Below, piece by piece: positions 61,241 through 64,000 of a DNA stretch of 64,000 bases; position 1 is the first letter of the stretch, and each line of letters opens with the position of its first letter. Position numbers and translations under genes: made by a program. The notes under the pieces were generated by a model. That model was given only the letters and a program-made list of their open reading frames with translations. It ran no database searches and was not told the origin of the DNA. Origin of the DNA: Bacilli bacterium (lineage in GTDB: Bacteria; Bacillota_I; Bacilli_A; RFN20; CAG-826); assembly GCA_051872395.1 (NCBI GenBank), contig JBJEDU010000031.1, positions 2,404-66,403 of the forward strand, given 5' to 3'.

Positions 61241-62260
61241 ATGGCAGTGTTAGTGACAGGTGGAACTGGATATATTGGTAGTCATACAGTCGTCGAACTA
61301 CTCAATAACAAATTTGATGAAGTTGTCATCGTTGATAATCTTGTCAATTCTAAAGAAGAAGTGTTGACTCGAATTGAAAAGATTACTGGTATTCGACCAA
61401 AGTTTTATAAAGTTGATGTCAAAGACCGTGATGCTTTAGAAGAAGTATTCAAAAAAGAAAATATTACTGACGTCATTCATTTCGCCGGTTTAAAAGCTGT
61501 TGGTGAAAGTTGTTTAAAACCTGGGTTATATGTTTATAACAACATTGGTTCAACACTTACCCTTCTAGAATTAATGGTTAAATATCACGTTAAAAATATT
61601 GTCTTCTCTTCAAGTGCGACAGTTTATGGGACACCCACTCATGTGCCACTAAAAGAGACTGATCCAATAGGGGGATGCACTAATCCATACGGACAAACCA
61701 AATTAGATATTGAATATATCTTAAAATATTTCAGCGAAGTTCATAAAGATATGAACATCGCGATCTTAAGATATTTTAACCCTATTGGAGCGCATCCAAG
61801 TGGACTTATTGGTGAAGACCCTGCTGGTATTCCTAATAACTTAATGCCTTATATTACCCAAGTCGCTGTTAAGAAGTTAAATTATGTTCATGTCTTTGGT
61901 AATGATTATCCAACAGATGATGGAACGGGTGTAAGAGATTATATTCATGTCTTAGATTTAGCTTCTGGCCATTTAGCGGCCTTAAACAAACTTAAAGAAA
62001 ATCCTGGATTAGTAATTTATAATTTAGGTACTGGTAAAGGAACTTCAGTTTTAGAATTAATTCATGCTTTTGAAAAAGCAAATAATATGACAATTGATTA
62101 TAAAATAGAAGAAAGAAGACCAGGTGATGTCGCTTCTAATTATGCGAACTGTGATAAAGCCAAAGAAGAAATGAATTGGGCAGCGAAATATGATATTGTT
62201 GATGCCTGTCGAGATTCATGGAATTGGCAAAAGAAAAATCCACATGGATATGGAGAGTAA
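61241..62260 (+). CDS. galE: UDP-glucose 4-epimerase
   Basis: Rossmann motif VTGGTGYIGSH and catalytic YGQTK. 339 aa. Confidence 0.93.
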   Translation: MAVLVTGGTGYIGSHTVVELLNNKFDEVVIVDNLVNSKEEVLTRIEKITGIRPKFYKVDVKDRDALEEVFKKENITDVIHFAGLKAVGESCLKPGLYVYNNIGSTLTLLELMVKYHVKNIVFSSSATVYGTPTHVPLKETDPIGGCTNPYGQTKLDIEYILKYFSEVHKDMNIAILRYFNPIGAHPSGLIGEDPAGIPNNLMPYITQVAVKKLNYVHVFGNDYPTDDGTGVRDYIHVLDLASGHLAALNKLKENPGLVIYNLGTGKGTSVLELIHAFEKANNMTIDYKIEERRPGDVASNYANCDKAKEEMNWAAKYDIVDACRDSWNWQKKNPHGYGE

Positions 62261-63115
62261 ATGTATATGAAAATTAATAGAATTGAATGTAAAAATGAAT
62301 CGACTGTTTCTTATGGTTTTTCATTCACTGTGGAAAATCATAAAGGTAATGTAATTATTATTCCTGATATTTTTGATGATGCGGTCAATTATCATGATTT
62401 TGCCTCTTTTATTGCCTCGAATGGATTTAATGTTTATTGTTTAGATTTATTTGGTCGTGGTGAAAATGTTAAGGAAGATGGTTCTAATTATGGAATTGTT
62501 CCTGAAAGTGCTTTTAGAAAAGAAGTTATTCAAATTGATGTTTTAGTTAAACAGTTGAGACTTTCAGCAAAACCAACATTTATTATTGCGAATGGATATG
62601 GTTCGGTATACGCGCAAGATTATATTCAAAGATTTACTGAACACGTTAGTAAAGTCGTGTTAATAAGTTGTCCTTTAGAAACTATTTCTTGGTTCAATTT
62701 ATTCCAATTTGCGAAACTTAGCAAAATATTTGTTAATAGAAGAAAACCTTCTAAAGTTGCGTTTTCCCATTTCAAAAAGAAATATCCTGATTTAGAAGTT
62801 AATAGTCCAAGCGTTGGATATTTCTATGAATTTGAAAAAGGATTAAATCGTCTATATAAAAAGAAATTTATGTCAAAGATTAGAAAAGATCTTGATATAT
62901 ATCTACTCTCATCTTGGGATGATTTATTAACAAAAGATGGTGATAAAACACAAAAAATTAAATCAATTTATAACAAATTAAAAATTGAAAATGTTCATGT
63001 TGATTTATTTAATACAGTCAATGTCTCTTCTTTAAATAATTCAGATAAAACTGAAGTATATAATGCAATACTTGCCTTCTTATTAGATGATATTGAATCT
63101 AAAAATATCATTTAA
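62261..63115 (+). CDS. Alpha/beta-hydrolase-fold protein (lysophospholipase/monoacylglycerol-lipase-like), atypical nucleophile elbow
   Basis: 284 aa with a Hydrolase_4-like layout. Where GxSxG is expected, the sequence reads IIANGYGSVYA. Confidence 0.6.
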   Translation: MYMKINRIECKNESTVSYGFSFTVENHKGNVIIIPDIFDDAVNYHDFASFIASNGFNVYCLDLFGRGENVKEDGSNYGIVPESAFRKEVIQIDVLVKQLRLSAKPTFIIANGYGSVYAQDYIQRFTEHVSKVVLISCPLETISWFNLFQFAKLSKIFVNRRKPSKVAFSHFKKKYPDLEVNSPSVGYFYEFEKGLNRLYKKKFMSKIRKDLDIYLLSSWDDLLTKDGDKTQKIKSIYNKLKIENVHVDLFNTVNVSSLNNSDKTEVYNAILAFLLDDIESKNII

Positions 63116-63132
63116 TTAAAGATAATCTAATA

Positions 63133-63177
63133 AAAATATTTGGTAATAAATTTTATAAAGTTCACCAAATATTTTTA
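63133..63177 (+). terminator. Intrinsic terminator after the hydrolase gene
   Basis: 12-bp stem AAAATATTTGGT / ACCAAATATTTT followed by T residues. Confidence 0.7.
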
Positions 63178-63186
63178 TTATCAATT

Positions 63187-63265
63187 ACCCCTATAGCTCA
63201 TCTGGATAGAGCACCACCCTCCTAAGGTGGGTTTTGGAGGCGTTCGAGTCGCCTTAGGGGTGCCA
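63187..63265 (+). tRNA. tRNA-Arg (anticodon CCT), CCA encoded
   Basis: Manual fold: acceptor ACCCCTA/TAGGGGT, D-arm GCTC-ATCTGGATA-GAGC, anticodon arm CCACC-CTCCTAA-GGTGG, T-arm AGGCG-TTCGAGT-CGCCT, discriminator G plus CCA. The variable region is 7 nt (GTTTTGG) in my fold, which is unusual. Confidence 0.85.
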
Positions 63266-63277
63266 TTTCAAGTTTTC

Positions 63278-63292
63278 CAAGTTAATAACTTG
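63278..63292. repeat. Perfect 15-nt palindrome CAAGTTAATAACTTG just 3' of tRNA-Arg, with an extra CAAGTT copy at 63269
   Basis: Read directly from the sequence. Candidate recombinase binding or crossover site. Confidence 0.5.
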
Positions 63293-63306
63293 TGAGAATA
63301 CAGAAC

Positions 63307-63330
63307 AGTACTACGTAGTAGTACTTTTTT
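63307..63330 (+). terminator. Intrinsic terminator after tRNA-Arg
   Basis: 8-bp stem AGTACTAC / GTAGTACT with a 3-nt loop, followed by TTTTTT. Confidence 0.7.
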
Positions 63331-63354
63331 GTTTATATGGAGATAATCAACGAG

Positions 63355-63385
63355 CAAAAGAAAAGCCCAATTTATCAAAATGGGC
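63355..63385 (-). terminator. Intrinsic terminator downstream of the recombinase-like ORF
   Basis: On the minus strand the sequence reads GCCCATTTTGATAAATTGGGC followed by TTTTCTTTTG. Confidence 0.6.
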
Positions 63386-63433
63386 AGAATTCGAACATTC
63401 GGTCAATTAGACCTCAACGCGACTCCAAACCAA

Positions 63434-63456
63434 CTCGAGTCGCATTTAGGGTGCCT
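63434..63456 (+). repeat. Degenerate direct repeat of the tRNA-Arg 3' end (candidate att remnant)
   Basis: CTCGAGTCGCATTTAGGGTGCC compared with the tRNA's TTCGAGTCGCCTTAGGGGTGCC (63243-63264). A 9-nt TCGAGTCGC core is identical, with further matches on both sides. Confidence 0.55.
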
Positions 63457-63457
63457 T

Positions 63458-64000
63458 TTACCTATTGAAATAGATTCCAAAGTCCACGTTGTATAACTGT
63501 GCTCTTACTTTAATTTGGTATTTACTATTTAAGACTTTAGGCAAATTTAATAAATCTAGATTATCAACATTCTCATTTCCAATTATGAAAGTTAAATCGG
63601 TTCTCGACTTAATAATTACCTTTTTAAAGAGTTTTCTGAAATTAGGATCATATTCGGTCATTGAGAGCTCATTGATTGTTTTCATTGTTTCTTTAATCAT
63701 TCTTTCATAGTTTTCATGCGTTAAAAGCCGATTTTCAAGCATCTTCTTTTCGTTCATAAGATTTTCTACCTGTCCAGTAATTTCATCGCTTAATGCCCTG
63801 TATGCCTCATTGTGTTTGCCACTATAGGTTGCAATTTTAGATTTTAATAAATCGATTTGAGTATTGATTAAGGCAATTTTGTCATTTATAGGTTGCAAAT
63901 CCTCATTAAAAGCATCTGTCATTAATTTCTTAAAAAGTAGTGGTTCATTTTTTATTATTTTGATTTGCTCCAAGATGATGTTTCTTAAATCGTGAATAAA
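63458..64000 (-). CDS. C-terminal part of a coiled-coil protein, probably a large serine recombinase (5' end outside window)
   Basis: The reading frame stays open to base 64000 (FIHDLRNII precedes the track's TTG start). The coiled-coil segment followed by LSMTEYDPNFRKLFKKVIIKSRTDLTFII resembles the ...TEYDExLVRxLIExIxV... C-terminal module I recall from large serine recombinases of Firmicute ICEs and transposons. Confidence 0.5.
   Translation of the reverse strand, partial: FIHDLRNIILEQIKIIKNEPLLFKKLMTDAFNEDLQPINDKIALINTQIDLLKSKIATYSGKHNEAYRALSDEITGQVENLMNEKKMLENRLLTHENYERMIKETMKTINELSMTEYDPNFRKLFKKVIIKSRTDLTFIIGNENVDNLDLLNLPKVLNSKYQIKVRAQLYNVDFGIYFNR

Noticed and set aside
63390-63460. A possible second (pseudo-)tRNA on either strand, formed by the hairpins GCGACTC...GAGTCGC, GGTC...GACC and GAAT...ATTC.
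   Set aside because: I could not fold a cloverleaf with an acceptor stem, anticodon arm and T-loop on either strand. The similarity to the tRNA is limited to the 3' segment, so I interpret it as an att-like repeat.

Overview
This is a low-GC chromosomal segment that uses the standard genetic code, since TGA acts as a stop codon (for example at the end of rlmH) and Trp is encoded by TGG. Gene content and order look Firmicute or Mollicutes-like, possibly Acholeplasma or Erysipelotrichia-like. That placement rests on gdpP-rplI-dnaB, pcrA-ligA...gatCAB and tsaE-tsaB-rimI-tsaD synteny, a large OppA lipoprotein and insert-carrying ABC ATPases. It is an inference, not a database result.

From left to right the window contains:
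- An alpha-galactoside/galactose utilisation locus: ABC importer, SGNH lipoprotein, GH36 and GH2, convergent with galT-galK-galM.
- gdpP-rplI-dnaB, an MBL hydrolase and rlmH.
- A CPA2 antiporter paired with a small PII-like ORF.
- tmRNA.
- DegV with a membrane-anchored XRE regulator.
- Envelope and lipoprotein genes.
- oppABCDF followed by a BspA-type LRR surface protein.
- A glycan locus (Wzx-like flippase plus three glycosyltransferases).
- ung, then a TPP riboswitch with an enlarged ThiT.
- The tsaEBD/rimI cluster and asnS.
- An orphan operon of three membrane proteins.
- pcrA-ligA, gatCAB, galE and an alpha/beta hydrolase.
- tRNA-Arg(CCU), followed by what looks like the edge of an integrated element (a degenerate copy of the tRNA 3' end plus a serine-recombinase-like C-terminal fragment running off the window).

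I found no CRISPR array, rRNA gene, restriction-modification system or recognisable defence system.

The candidates for something new are hypotheses, not demonstrated systems. They are the PII-like/CPA2 pair, the XRE-TM/DegV module, the LRR gene attached to opp, the double-length ThiT, the orphan membrane operon and the tRNA-Arg element boundary.
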